From: Microcoleus sp.
GTDB lineage: Bacteria; Cyanobacteriota; Cyanobacteriia; Cyanobacteriales; Microcoleaceae
Length of the DNA stretch: 64,000 bases
Assembly (NCBI GenBank): GCA_052279835.1
Contig: CP181291.1
Span: forward strand, 4,000,001-4,064,000
Direction: 5' to 3'
The stretch's first letter is position 1. The number at the start of each line of letters is the position of its first letter. The notes beneath the pieces were generated by a model. That model did not search any database. It was not told the DNA's origin and was given only the letters and a program-made list of their open reading frames with translations. Made by a program: the position numbers and the translations under genes. Shown here piece by piece: positions 50,997-60,250 of the stretch.

Positions 50997-53162
50997 CTAG
51001 AAAGTAAAAGTAGTTCTGAGAGTACCAATGATGATGTCATCATTACCCTTATCTTGATTAGGGTTAGTAATCCAAACTACCCCAGGAGTCACAGAAATAT
51101 TATCTGTAAGCTGGTACTTGTAGAAGCCTTCAATGTGCCACGAAGTATCATTTCTGAAGTTCCGCAAACTAGATGCAGCCTCAAGTTTATCCAAATAAGG
51201 CTCGCGACCAAGCACAAAGCCCAGCAAGTTGCCTTCTTTCCCTAAATCGGGGAAAGCCAAAGTGACAGCGTAGTTCCAAATTTTCGCATCACCGATACCG
51301 AGAATGCGAGCATTAGTTAAACCACCCCAGCCCCCAACGATAAACCTGGGGCTGAGTCGGAACGAAGCCTGAGCGCCGTAGGAGTTGCTGACAACTTTGC
51401 GACTGCGGAAGCCTGTAAAACCGTCACTCAAGCCGTTCAGGGAGTTAGCCACACCGGTGCCGGTGAAACCGCCGAGATTACCAGAACCATTGCTCAAACC
51501 ATTGTCAAACCCAAAGTTACCTCTGCTAAAGTAACCGTGGTTATAGTTGAGAGCAACTTGCAAATTGCGTCCGGGGGTAAAAGTCAACTGCCCCATGGCT
51601 GCGTAGTCGCCGTTGAACAAACCCGCACCTTTGCTAGGATTGGCTGCATTGGATGCCAAGTAGCCGAAAGAAAGAGAAGTCGGGCCGAACACGCCACCGA
51701 GCAATCCCCGGCCACCGAAGGCATAATCAAAGCCGATACCGGCACCGCCACCGAGGCGATAAATCGGGTTCCTTTGTCCGAAAGCACTCAAGGACCCGTT
51801 ACCACCGTCAAAGTCTTCAAAGTATGGGTTGACAGTGGGCATGATGTCGTCCCAAACGCCTGCGTTGGCTGAGAGCGTAACGTTCAGACGATTGCCGACG
51901 GGAAACTTATACAGCAAGCTGTCGAGGGCAAAAACGTTGTCGGTTCTGCCAACGATGTTCCAAGTTTGAGTCCCTTCGCTGGTAGCCCCAAAGTTAAAGT
52001 TTCGACCGTTGCCAACTTGCAGCCTGGTCAGCAACAAGTCTCTGCCAGTGAAGCTAGTGTTTAAATTGAGACGTACCCGTTGTTGGAAGACAGCTTCGTT
52101 GTTGTTGCTGCCGATTCTTTTGCGGTCTCTGCCAAAAAAGCCTGCACTACCACCAAAGTCGTCGCTGAGGGCGAATATTGCTTCCCCAGTCAGTTTGGTA
52201 GTGGTGGAGAATTGGTTGGCTTCGAGTTCGGATGTCCGAGCTTCCAAGGCATCTACTCGGCCGCGCAGGGTTGCTAGTTCTGCTGCAAATTCTTCTTGGA
52301 GCCGTTGGAGGGCTGCCAAGTCTTGTTTGGTTGCTAAGTTGGTTGTACCTGCTCGGATTAGTTCGTTAACTTTATCTAAGCAAGCGTTTAAACCGGCGGC
52401 AAATTCGTAGCGGGTCATTGCCCGGTTACCACGGAAAGTGCCATCAGGGTAGCCGGCGATACAGCCGTAGCGCTCGACTAGGGATTGGAGTGCTTGGAAT
52501 GCCCAGTCTGTGGGGCGCACGTCGGAAAGCTGAGACACTGAGGTCACTTGACCTTGAGTTTCAGATTCTGCTGCACCTTCGGTGCTGTATTGGCTGAGCT
52601 GTTCTAGTGTAGCGTTGGGGTTTGAAGTTGCTGGTGCTGCGGTTTGAGCTACAGCTTCAGCGGGTTTTGGCAAACTGGGTTGTGCCGACTCTACCACTGA
52701 GGGAATGGTTGTTTTTGGTTGAGTGGCGCTGATTTGTTCTGGTTGAGCTGCTTCTACAGCCGAAGTTGCTAGTTGCTCAACAACTGTGGGTTCAACTGCT
52801 GCTAAAGATGCACTTACCGCTTCTGATGCTGCTTTGGGGTTTGCGGTTTCTGTGGCTGTGTTGGTTGCGATCGCATTGTCAGTAGCAGCCTGAGCATCAG
52901 TGGCTACCTTTGGGGACTCAATTTCGTCGCCGGGAACTTGGGAAATTGCTTCAATTGTCTCAATAGCTGTTCCTTGAGGAACGGCGGCTAAAGCATTGAG
53001 CTTGGCTTCGGAGATTTCAGCGATGGCAGTTTTTGCAGTTTGAGCCTGAGTTGCGTCAGCAGCGGGTTGAGCGTCTGCTGCGATCGCGCTCGAAGAAACT
53101 ACTAGGGTAGCTCCTAAGACTGCTGGACTGATCAGTAGATAACTCCACAAAAATTTCGACAT
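50997..53162 (-). CDS. Cyanobacterial SLH-domain outer membrane porin (OprB/iron-uptake porin family)
   Basis: VTSVSQLSDVRPTDWAFQALQSLVERYGC, FSTTTKL, terminal LRTTFTF. Confidence 0.95.
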   Translation of the reverse strand: MSKFLWSYLLISPAVLGATLVVSSSAIAADAQPAADATQAQTAKTAIAEISEAKLNALAAVPQGTAIETIEAISQVPGDEIESPKVATDAQAATDNAIATNTATETANPKAASEAVSASLAAVEPTVVEQLATSAVEAAQPEQISATQPKTTIPSVVESAQPSLPKPAEAVAQTAAPATSNPNATLEQLSQYSTEGAAESETQGQVTSVSQLSDVRPTDWAFQALQSLVERYGCIAGYPDGTFRGNRAMTRYEFAAGLNACLDKVNELIRAGTTNLATKQDLAALQRLQEEFAAELATLRGRVDALEARTSELEANQFSTTTKLTGEAIFALSDDFGGSAGFFGRDRKRIGSNNNEAVFQQRVRLNLNTSFTGRDLLLTRLQVGNGRNFNFGATSEGTQTWNIVGRTDNVFALDSLLYKFPVGNRLNVTLSANAGVWDDIMPTVNPYFEDFDGGNGSLSAFGQRNPIYRLGGGAGIGFDYAFGGRGLLGGVFGPTSLSFGYLASNAANPSKGAGLFNGDYAAMGQLTFTPGRNLQVALNYNHGYFSRGNFGFDNGLSNGSGNLGGFTGTGVANSLNGLSDGFTGFRSRKVVSNSYGAQASFRLSPRFIVGGWGGLTNARILGIGDAKIWNYAVTLAFPDLGKEGNLLGFVLGREPYLDKLEAASSLRNFRNDTSWHIEGFYKYQLTDNISVTPGVVWITNPNQDKGNDDIIIGTLRTTFTF

Positions 53163-53457
53163 ATTTACTCTCCTCCTCACACCGATTACAAAGAATCTTT
53201 GAATCTTGTCTAGTGTTCTATGTGGTCAGTAGTTGCCCCCATAGCATACTTTAAAACGAGACCAAAATTTTGATTTTTTCTGTTAAATTTTTTCGGAATG
53301 ACCGAAAACGATTTGGTATGTTTGCGCCTGATTCATGCCTTCGCAGACTCAGGACTGGTGCAATCTCCAATCTCAAATCTCACATTTCAAATCCGATTAA
53401 CTGTTGAGCAATCAACAGCTAGTATATTTACTTTTTAGCACTCCTTGGCACTATCGT

Positions 53458-55107
53458 CTAGAGTGATTCGACGCGATCGACATCCAAATTGTGTCCGAGG
53501 ACGCTGAATACTTGTCGGTGCTCGAACAGTTGTAACAAATCGCTATTGATTTTATTGTGAGTTGCTTCTTGTCGCAAAATTTTGAGGGCTGCTTCTGTAC
53601 GTAGCGCCCGCTTGTAGGGGCGATCCCCGGCTGTCAGGGCATCGTAAATATCGGCGATCGTCATCAGTTGAGCTTGAATTGGAATTTCCGACTGTTTGAG
53701 ACCTTGAGGATACCCTGTACCGTCGAGTTTTTCATGATGTCCGTAGGCAATTTCGGGAACATTTTTTAAATCTTTTGTCCAAGGAATTTGTTTCAGAAAC
53801 TCATAGGTGTGAGTTACGTGAGATTCTATGGCTGCTCGTTCTACCACCGTCAGGTTGCCCCTGGACACCATCAATTGTAAGATTTCATCTTGGTCCAGCA
53901 GGGGTTTAATTTCACCGTCTATATCTCTGTAAGTTTGTCGAGCAAGTTCTCGCAGTTGAGCTAGAGGTTCGGCGGCCAGAATGTGAGGCTCGTTAGCTTC
54001 TAGCAGCACTTCCCAGTATTCTGCCAATCGAGCTTTTGCCTCTGCTAGCTTCGTGTCTAGCTGTTCTATTTCTTGGCATTGAAGACATCCTGATTCTTCA
54101 TTAGGATGTTTGCCGTAGGCTGAATGGGATAGTAAGTATTTATACTTGGATTGCACGCATTCCATTTCCATGGTCCGCTGAGCTAAGGCAAAACGGTGGC
54201 GAATGATTTCTAGCTGTGAGGGGTAAAGCTTTTTCTGCTTGGTTAAAACTGCTTCGGGAACTCCGATTTTGCCAAAGTCGTGCAGCAGGGCTGCGTAGCG
54301 AATTTCTTGAATTTGGCGATGGTTAAAGTAAATAGGACGCAACCATCCTCCGCTAGTGCTGTTTACTTCTTCTGAAAGACGTACCGTCAGGGCTGCTACT
54401 CGCTCAGAGTGGCCGTAGGTACAGGGGTCTCTGGCTTCTATTACTTGCACCGAGGCCTTGACGAAACCCTCAAACAGGTGTTCTATACTTTCTTGTAGTT
54501 GGTTGCGCTCGATCGAGATGGCGGCTTGAGAAGCGAGCGATCGAACTATCCTTTCTTCCCACTCCGAATAACGCTGGGTCGATTCCCAGGCATTTTCGGC
54601 TGTCAGTACCGTGTCTGCTTTAGTTTTACGGTTGATCAGTTGCAGTACACCGATAGTCTCCCCCTGTCGGTTTTGCATCGGCAGCACCATCACAGAGCAA
54701 GTACGATAATTAATATCCCTGTCAAAACTGGTATCTAGCTGATAGGGTACACCCGCCGGCAAGTCATAGGCATCAGACAGGTTCAAACTTTCACCTGTAA
54801 TTGCCACGTAGCCCGCCAAGCTTTTGTCTGTTAGTGGGAGCACAAACTCCTTAAACGACAGTCTCGGTTTAGAAGCGTTTTGAGCTACCTTGAACAGCAA
54901 TTTAGATGTTTCATCACTGTGATCTACTAAGTAAACGCTGCCCGCATCACTGTAGGTAATTTCCCTACTTTTGGATAAAATTAAGTTTAATAAACCCCCT
55001 AAATCTTGGGCACTCGAAAGAGCTGCACCAATATCCAAAAGTTGTTCTATCAGCTCAGTTCTTTCAGCAGATTCGTTCAAGAACTCTGGCTTTTCAAATA
55101 CGATCAT
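53458..55107 (-). CDS. GAF + HD-GYP phosphodiesterase
   Basis: GAF (NRK motif), GHSERV, LLHDFGK, HHEKLDGTGYP, RPYK. Confidence 0.93.
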   Translation of the reverse strand: MIVFEKPEFLNESAERTELIEQLLDIGAALSSAQDLGGLLNLILSKSREITYSDAGSVYLVDHSDETSKLLFKVAQNASKPRLSFKEFVLPLTDKSLAGYVAITGESLNLSDAYDLPAGVPYQLDTSFDRDINYRTCSVMVLPMQNRQGETIGVLQLINRKTKADTVLTAENAWESTQRYSEWEERIVRSLASQAAISIERNQLQESIEHLFEGFVKASVQVIEARDPCTYGHSERVAALTVRLSEEVNSTSGGWLRPIYFNHRQIQEIRYAALLHDFGKIGVPEAVLTKQKKLYPSQLEIIRHRFALAQRTMEMECVQSKYKYLLSHSAYGKHPNEESGCLQCQEIEQLDTKLAEAKARLAEYWEVLLEANEPHILAAEPLAQLRELARQTYRDIDGEIKPLLDQDEILQLMVSRGNLTVVERAAIESHVTHTYEFLKQIPWTKDLKNVPEIAYGHHEKLDGTGYPQGLKQSEIPIQAQLMTIADIYDALTAGDRPYKRALRTEAALKILRQEATHNKINSDLLQLFEHRQVFSVLGHNLDVDRVESL

Positions 55108-55266
55108 GGTCGGAGGATGGCGAATAGCCTTGAATACATGGGACTTTTTGCATCTCGACTTTCTCACCTCTGATTCTAGCCCAGAGTCGATGTTTTATTG
55201 GTGAAATTTCGGCTTTTGAGACCATCACTAGATGCTGTGGCTCCTTTGTGGTGAGCGGTAAAGCTT

Positions 55267-55548
55267 TTATTTTAGTGAAGAAATCTCTTTAGCTAGTGCA
55301 AAGTCTTTCTCAGTTAAGCCTCCTGCATCGTGAGTTGTCAAGTTAACTGTGACTTTGTTGTAGGAGATTTCTATATCTGGATGATGTGCTGCGGCTTCTG
55401 AGGGTGCGACCAACTTATTCACAAAATCGATCGCTGCTATAAAATCTTGAAATTTCCGGGTACAACGGAGTCTATCGCCTTCAACTGTCCAACCTGACAA
55501 TTGACTGGCGCGGGCTTGAATTTCAGTATCTTTCAGTAGTGAAGTCAT
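55267..55548 (-). CDS. phhB: Pterin-4-alpha-carbinolamine dehydratase
   Basis: HHPDI, LTTHDAGGLTEKD. Confidence 0.9.
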   Translation of the reverse strand: MTSLLKDTEIQARASQLSGWTVEGDRLRCTRKFQDFIAAIDFVNKLVAPSEAAAHHPDIEISYNKVTVNLTTHDAGGLTEKDFALAKEISSLK

Positions 55549-55589
55549 TTTTTTACCTTGGGATGCTGCTCGCCTGTCGAAAATTTTAC

Positions 55590-55990
55590 CAAAAGCTATC
55601 CGCTCTCACCAGTAGTATTTAAGCCCAAGTTTTGACACTTAAACTTTAACACTATTTGGGGTGAGAGCGGTCTAGCGGGTCTTCAGATTAGAACCTGACT
55701 GCCGGGAGATTCCCTAACTAAGCCTGGTTCCCGATGGAAGTCGCTTCCTGGGGAGAACGACGGCTGACTGCTAGTGAGCGGCCCCGGCGCACAGCCGGTA
55801 GTTTCCAATCTGATGACCCATGCGTTTACTACTTTCTATCATGGGCATCACCTCCAAGTTTAGCTAAATTGCTTAATATGTGAACGCACCTCATCTTAAT
55901 CTGAGATTAAGTATGAGGATTTGTGTGCTACCAATTGGTAGCAATACCAGAAGAACCTGCGTTCTGAGTATCATTCCGGTATGCACAATT
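55590..55990 (-). ncRNA. Candidate structured RNA / leader with a 23-codon ORF
   Basis: Series of hairpins, long closing stem, SD GGAGGTG plus ATG at 55842, terminal hairpin ccgctctcacc/ggtgagagcgg. Confidence 0.5.
55771..55842 (-). CDS. Putative 23-aa peptide MIESSKRMGHQIGNYRLCAGAAH
   Basis: Strong SD GGAGGTG 6 nt before the ATG; below the ORF-track threshold. Confidence 0.4.
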   Translation of the reverse strand: MIESSKRMGHQIGNYRLCAGAAH

Positions 55991-56085
55991 AATAAGATAA
56001 CACAACGAATCAGAAGTGAACCGATTCAGTGAAAAATTTTGCAGCTAAGGGCAATATTTTCGATCGTACTTTAATTCCTTCACAC

Positions 56086-56116
56086 AAAAAGCTCCTGCCA
56101 GCAGACAGGAGCTTTT
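56086..56116 (-). terminator. Terminator after psbD
   Basis: aaaaagctcctg...caggagctttt. Confidence 0.85.
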
Positions 56117-56160
56117 GCAGCTTGTTAAAATAGCTGATTTGTTTCTAGCTGTTGCGATGC

Positions 56161-57219
56161 TTACAGAGCATTACCACGAGGCAGAACTTCTTCTGGGAAG
56201 ATGAAGTTTTCGTGTGGTTGGTCAGTTGGAGCCATCCAAGCACGAATACCTTCGTTCAACAGAATATTCTTAGTGTAGAACGTTTCAAACTCAGGATCTT
56301 CTGCTGCACGAAGTTCTTGGGATACAAAGTCATAGGCCCGCAGGTTTAATGCTAAACCGACGATACCCAAAGAGCTCATCCACAAGCCTGTGACAGGTAC
56401 GAACAACATGAAGAAGTGTAACCAACGTTTGTTGGAGAAAGCAATTCCGAAGATTTGCGACCAAAAACGGTTAGCTGTCACCATGGAGTAGGTTTCTTCA
56501 GACTGAGTTGGGTTGAAAGCGCGGAAAGTGTTAGCACCTTCACCGTCTTCAAACAAGGTGTTTTCCACGGTAGCACCGTGAATGGCGCACAAGAGCGCAC
56601 CACCCAAGATACCTGCAACACCCATCATGTGGAAGGGGTTGAGGGTCCAGTTGTGGAAGCCTTGCAGGAATAGGAGGAAGCGGAAAATTGCTGCCACGCC
56701 GAAGCTGGGGGCGAAGAACCAGCCTGATTGACCCAAGGGGTAAAGCAGGAACACCGAGACGAACACGGCGATGGGGCCGGTGAATGCCAAGGCGTTGTAA
56801 GGACGGATGCCGACTAAACGGGAGATTTCGATCTGACGCAAGCAGAAGCCGATCAGTGCGAAAGCGCCGTGGAGTGCGACAAAGGCCCATAGGCCACCGA
56901 GTTGGAACCAGCGGGTGAAGTCCCACTGTGCTTCGGGGCCCCACAGGAACAGCAGGGAGTGACCGAGGCTGTTGGCTGGGGTGGATACGGCTACGGTGAG
57001 GAAGTTGGCTCCTTCGAGGTAGGAGCTTGCCAAACCGTGGGTGTACCAGGATGTGACGAAGGTGGTGCCGGTCAGCCAGCCACCAATGGCCATGTAGGCG
57101 CAGGGGAATAGCAGGATGCCAGACCAGCCTACGAAGACGAAGCGATCGCGTTTGAGCCAGTCGTCGAGTACATCAAAGATGCCTCGCTCGTTCTGGGCGC
57201 GTCCGACTGCAATTGTCAT
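56161..57219 (-). CDS. psbD: Photosystem II D2 protein, monocistronic copy (no psbC)
   Basis: [16 protein letters not shown]...[10 protein letters not shown]; followed by a terminator. Confidence 0.98.
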   Translation of the reverse strand: MTIAVGRAQNERGIFDVLDDWLKRDRFVFVGWSGILLFPCAYMAIGGWLTGTTFVTSWYTHGLASSYLEGANFLTVAVSTPANSLGHSLLFLWGPEAQWDFTRWFQLGGLWAFVALHGAFALIGFCLRQIEISRLVGIRPYNALAFTGPIAVFVSVFLLYPLGQSGWFFAPSFGVAAIFRFLLFLQGFHNWTLNPFHMMGVAGILGGALLCAIHGATVENTLFEDGEGANTFRAFNPTQSEETYSMVTANRFWSQIFGIAFSNKRWLHFFMLFVPVTGLWMSSLGIVGLALNLRAYDFVSQELRAAEDPEFETFYTKNILLNEGIRAWMAPTDQPHENFIFPEEVLPRGNAL

Positions 57220-57508
57220 TACGCAAATCTCCAAATTGATATAATTACAACGGACAAGTTTCTATTCTATATTTTCCAAGTCTTGCTGCTTAGCAGAAAA
57301 TGACATGGATTATGAACAGACTTTACTTTTCTTTACCGTAATCCAGATTATAAGGGTAATTCTTTACAAGAGCAAGTATTTCTCCTAGATTTTCCCGATC
57401 TTCCCTCTGGTTGTAATCCCGGAAGCTGTGCTTGCTGTTGGCATGGCTCAGGGGACTTCTACTATATATACTGAAGAGAGAGCTCCAAACTTAAATTGTT
57501 AAGACTAT

Positions 57509-57781
57509 ATGTTCAGCATTGACATGATTGTGAAGAACACCCCCGTCTCGCTGTCGGTGCAGCGGAAGTCCGCGGAGGACGCTGAGGCTGTTTACCAGCA
57601 GGTTGTAGAGGCGATTCGTAACTCCCAACCCCAAATTTTGGAACTCACCTGCGAGAAAAATCCTGAGAAAAAGGTGGCTGTGCTCAGTAGCGAGATTTCT
57701 GGGGTGATCGTCTCTCAGAAATCCGGGGCTGCTTCTACAGGGAGAGCACCGGGTTTTGTCTCGATGGCTGTAGCAGAATGA
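57509..57781 (+). CDS. Conserved cyanobacterial small protein (UPF0367-like)
   Basis: PVSLSVQRK, LELTCEK, C-terminal APGF. Confidence 0.75.
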   Translation: MFSIDMIVKNTPVSLSVQRKSAEDAEAVYQQVVEAIRNSQPQILELTCEKNPEKKVAVLSSEISGVIVSQKSGAASTGRAPGFVSMAVAE

Positions 57782-58476
57782 GGGCTGGGGGTGCTGGTGG
57801 CGATCGCACTCAGCCTGCGGTTGCGGTGCGGGATTTGGGTTTTTGCTGGCCTTCGGGCGATCGAGTGTTGCAAAGTTGCTCTCTGGATGTACCCAAGGGC
57901 GAGTTTTGGATGCTCTTGGGTACTAACGGCAGTGGCAAATCTACCTTGCTGAGGCTGATGGCTGGGCTGCTGCACCCCCAGTTTGGGGAAATCGATCTGA
58001 GTGGAAGGGTGGGTTTTGTCTTCCAAAACCCCGATCACCAACTGGTGATGCCTACAGTCGGTGCAGATGTGGCTTTTGGCTTGGTGGAGGAACAGTTGTC
58101 TAATATTCAGGTGCGGGCTAGGGTGGCCGAGGCTTTGGAGGCTGTAAATTTGTTGGAGTTGCAGCGACGGCCGATTTATGCTTTGAGTGGTGGCCAGAAA
58201 CAGCGAATTGCTCTGGCTGGAGCGATCGCCCGTCACTGTGAAATTCTATTATTAGATGAACCGACGGCTTTGTTAGATCCTGATTCTCAGTTGGATTTGG
58301 TGGCGGCGGTGCAGCGTTTGGTGAAAAATCGCGGAATTACCGCTTTGTGGGTGACTCACCGTTTGGATGAGTTGAATTATTGTGATGGGGCTTTTTTGTT
58401 GGAAAAGGGCCAAGTGGTCGATCGAGGAGATCCAGCCCGTTTGAAGCAGCGCTTGATGCAAAGTCAAGATGTTTAG
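57778..58476 (+). CDS. ABC transporter ATP-binding protein (CbiO/ECF-like)
   Basis: GTNGSGKST, FQNPDHQ, LSGGQKQR, LLDEP. Confidence 0.9.
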   Translation: MRAGGAGGDRTQPAVAVRDLGFCWPSGDRVLQSCSLDVPKGEFWMLLGTNGSGKSTLLRLMAGLLHPQFGEIDLSGRVGFVFQNPDHQLVMPTVGADVAFGLVEEQLSNIQVRARVAEALEAVNLLELQRRPIYALSGGQKQRIALAGAIARHCEILLLDEPTALLDPDSQLDLVAAVQRLVKNRGITALWVTHRLDELNYCDGAFLLEKGQVVDRGDPARLKQRLMQSQDV

Positions 58477-58516
58477 CTGTGGTTGACACTCCCTGCGAGT
58501 CAAGCGACAGGGATTC

Positions 58517-59767
58517 TTAAGCCCATAATTTATGTCTTAAAGGCGCTGACAATTCGCCCCTACTGATTCCGCTTAGATCGAGTCCAAGCATTACCGCTAC
58601 TTTTCTACCAATATTGCCACAACCGTTGCAATCTGCATTAATCAGCCAACCTTGAGCTGTTCGATACAAGCCACGCTTAATTCGTTTACCAGATGGAAGC
58701 CACCCTTCGGGTTTTTCGCCGAATGTAGGTAGCAAATCATTATCAACGAATGAAGCCTTTGAGGAATACGATTCTTCAGTCTCCAGAAATCTTAAGCCGT
58801 ACTGCTCACACAATCGACTAATTCTATCCTTCAGTCTGCCCGTAGGAATCTGCACAAACTTTTGATTAGTTTTGCGTACCATGTTGGCAGACTTTTTTTG
58901 ATTTTTGTTCCAGCCAAATACAACGGTTCCTATTTGATTGCTCAAACAATGATCGATCACTTTTTTGGCTGCCTTGTTGACGGCATCTCGCATTTGACGA
59001 TTTCGTTTCTCGGTTATGCTGGCAAGTCTTTTAGACCAAAACCCGTTAGATTTCCCCTTCATCAAAAATGCAACTTGCTTGTTGTAACCTTGATTGAGAG
59101 ACTTTAGGTGTTTGCCATCAACTATAAAGCTTGTACCAAAATTGCTCAAACAAGTTAGCCAATTATCTACGCCGTGGTCAATCATCAAGCATCTGGCAAT
59201 ATCTACATCTGATTGGACTTCAGCAGTTTTGTAGACAAACTCTAGGTAGAAACAGCCGTTTCGAGGAAGAATGCGATATTCCCGAATAGCCTTGAAATCA
59301 AGATTAGATACCATGGGCAAGTAAAACGCATCTAGACTAAACCACGCTTTGACCTTGCTACCTAGGGGAAATCTCAACATTCCGTCTTTGAGTTTTATCG
59401 ACCTACCTGTAAATGTCACCACAGCCATTGGGCCTTGACGATATTTCGGCAGCTTAGGGCGCTCTATAGTTATCCCATTTTTAAACGCTTTCATTAGTCC
59501 CAGAAAGGACTTGAAAGACTCTGCTACACCCGTCAGGATTTGTTGGGCCGTATCAGAGTAAAATGCTTGATAGTGTCGATTTCGATTTTCGGTTCCTAAA
59601 ACCTTGTGCAACTGAGCGCGGTTCGGAACATTGCCAGTTTTAAAATATAACTGACGGGCATAGTAAATTCCGCAATTAGAAAGTTTTGCCGACTCAGAAG
59701 ACAGATATTCGAGAATCGCCTTAATCTCTGAGTCAGCTCGAATTAAGTTTTGTTGACAGCCAAACAT
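58517..59767 (-). CDS. tnpB: TnpB, zinc-finger-less type with rearranged RuvC-II
   Basis: MFGCQQNL, IDHGVDN, VFGWNK, TEESYSSKAS, GKRIKRGLY, NADCNG. Confidence 0.9.
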   Translation of the reverse strand: MFGCQQNLIRADSEIKAILEYLSSESAKLSNCGIYYARQLYFKTGNVPNRAQLHKVLGTENRNRHYQAFYSDTAQQILTGVAESFKSFLGLMKAFKNGITIERPKLPKYRQGPMAVVTFTGRSIKLKDGMLRFPLGSKVKAWFSLDAFYLPMVSNLDFKAIREYRILPRNGCFYLEFVYKTAEVQSDVDIARCLMIDHGVDNWLTCLSNFGTSFIVDGKHLKSLNQGYNKQVAFLMKGKSNGFWSKRLASITEKRNRQMRDAVNKAAKKVIDHCLSNQIGTVVFGWNKNQKKSANMVRKTNQKFVQIPTGRLKDRISRLCEQYGLRFLETEESYSSKASFVDNDLLPTFGEKPEGWLPSGKRIKRGLYRTAQGWLINADCNGCGNIGRKVAVMLGLDLSGISRGELSAPLRHKLWA

Positions 59768-59809
59768 GAGTTATCCTCCTTGTTATATAATTGTACAGCA
59801 AAACAACGG

Positions 59810-59958
59810 ATGAAATCACGAAGAAAGGTTGAGATTTTCGGATTCAAGAGTCTGAATTTAAAATCCTTGAAGAACATTGCAAATCTGTAGGTCGGACTAA
59901 AACCGATGTACTTAGGGAATTAATCAGAAGCCTCAAAGTCAAAGAAAAGCCGTCCTAA
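59810..59958 (+). pseudogene. Frameshifted ribbon-helix-helix gene inside the IS
   Basis: MKSRRKV in one frame, DFRIQESEFKILEEHCKSVGRTKTDVLRELIRSL in another; removing one GA from GTTGAGATTTT fuses them. Confidence 0.7.
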
Positions 59959-60250
59959 AAGGACGGGGCTTCAGACCCAGTTTTTTTGGTGAATAATTTC
60001 TCTAAATTGATAATAGGTTCGGTATCCTCCGATCGCAGATTTGGTTGAGGTTGTGGAAACTTCAACCAATTTGTCATGGGTAAAAGAGTCGATCGCGATC
60101 GACTCTTGTGCTGCTATTATAGAAAAATACAGTTCAATGCTGTGCCTGATTGCAAACAAAAGATCGCCCTTAGTTTGATCCGTCACCAGGCGATATTTGT
60201 ACGGAGCACTTTTTTTACCAAATCAGGATGTAGCTGCTGTTTAATTTAGT

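Larger units (their letters stand above)
58483..59988 (-). mobile_element. IS200/IS605 family element (tnpB plus a divergent RHH gene remnant), 1506 bp
   Basis: On - strand: target TTCAC|CAAAAAAACTGGGTCTGAAG-hairpin; right end GAAT-hairpin-TCAA. Confidence 0.9.

Noticed and set aside
56040..56161. Missing psbC after psbD as an anomaly
   Set aside because: A second, monocistronic psbD copy is normal in cyanobacteria.
59971..60186. 71-aa - strand ORF
   Set aside because: Runs into the IS left end, with no motif or RBS support.
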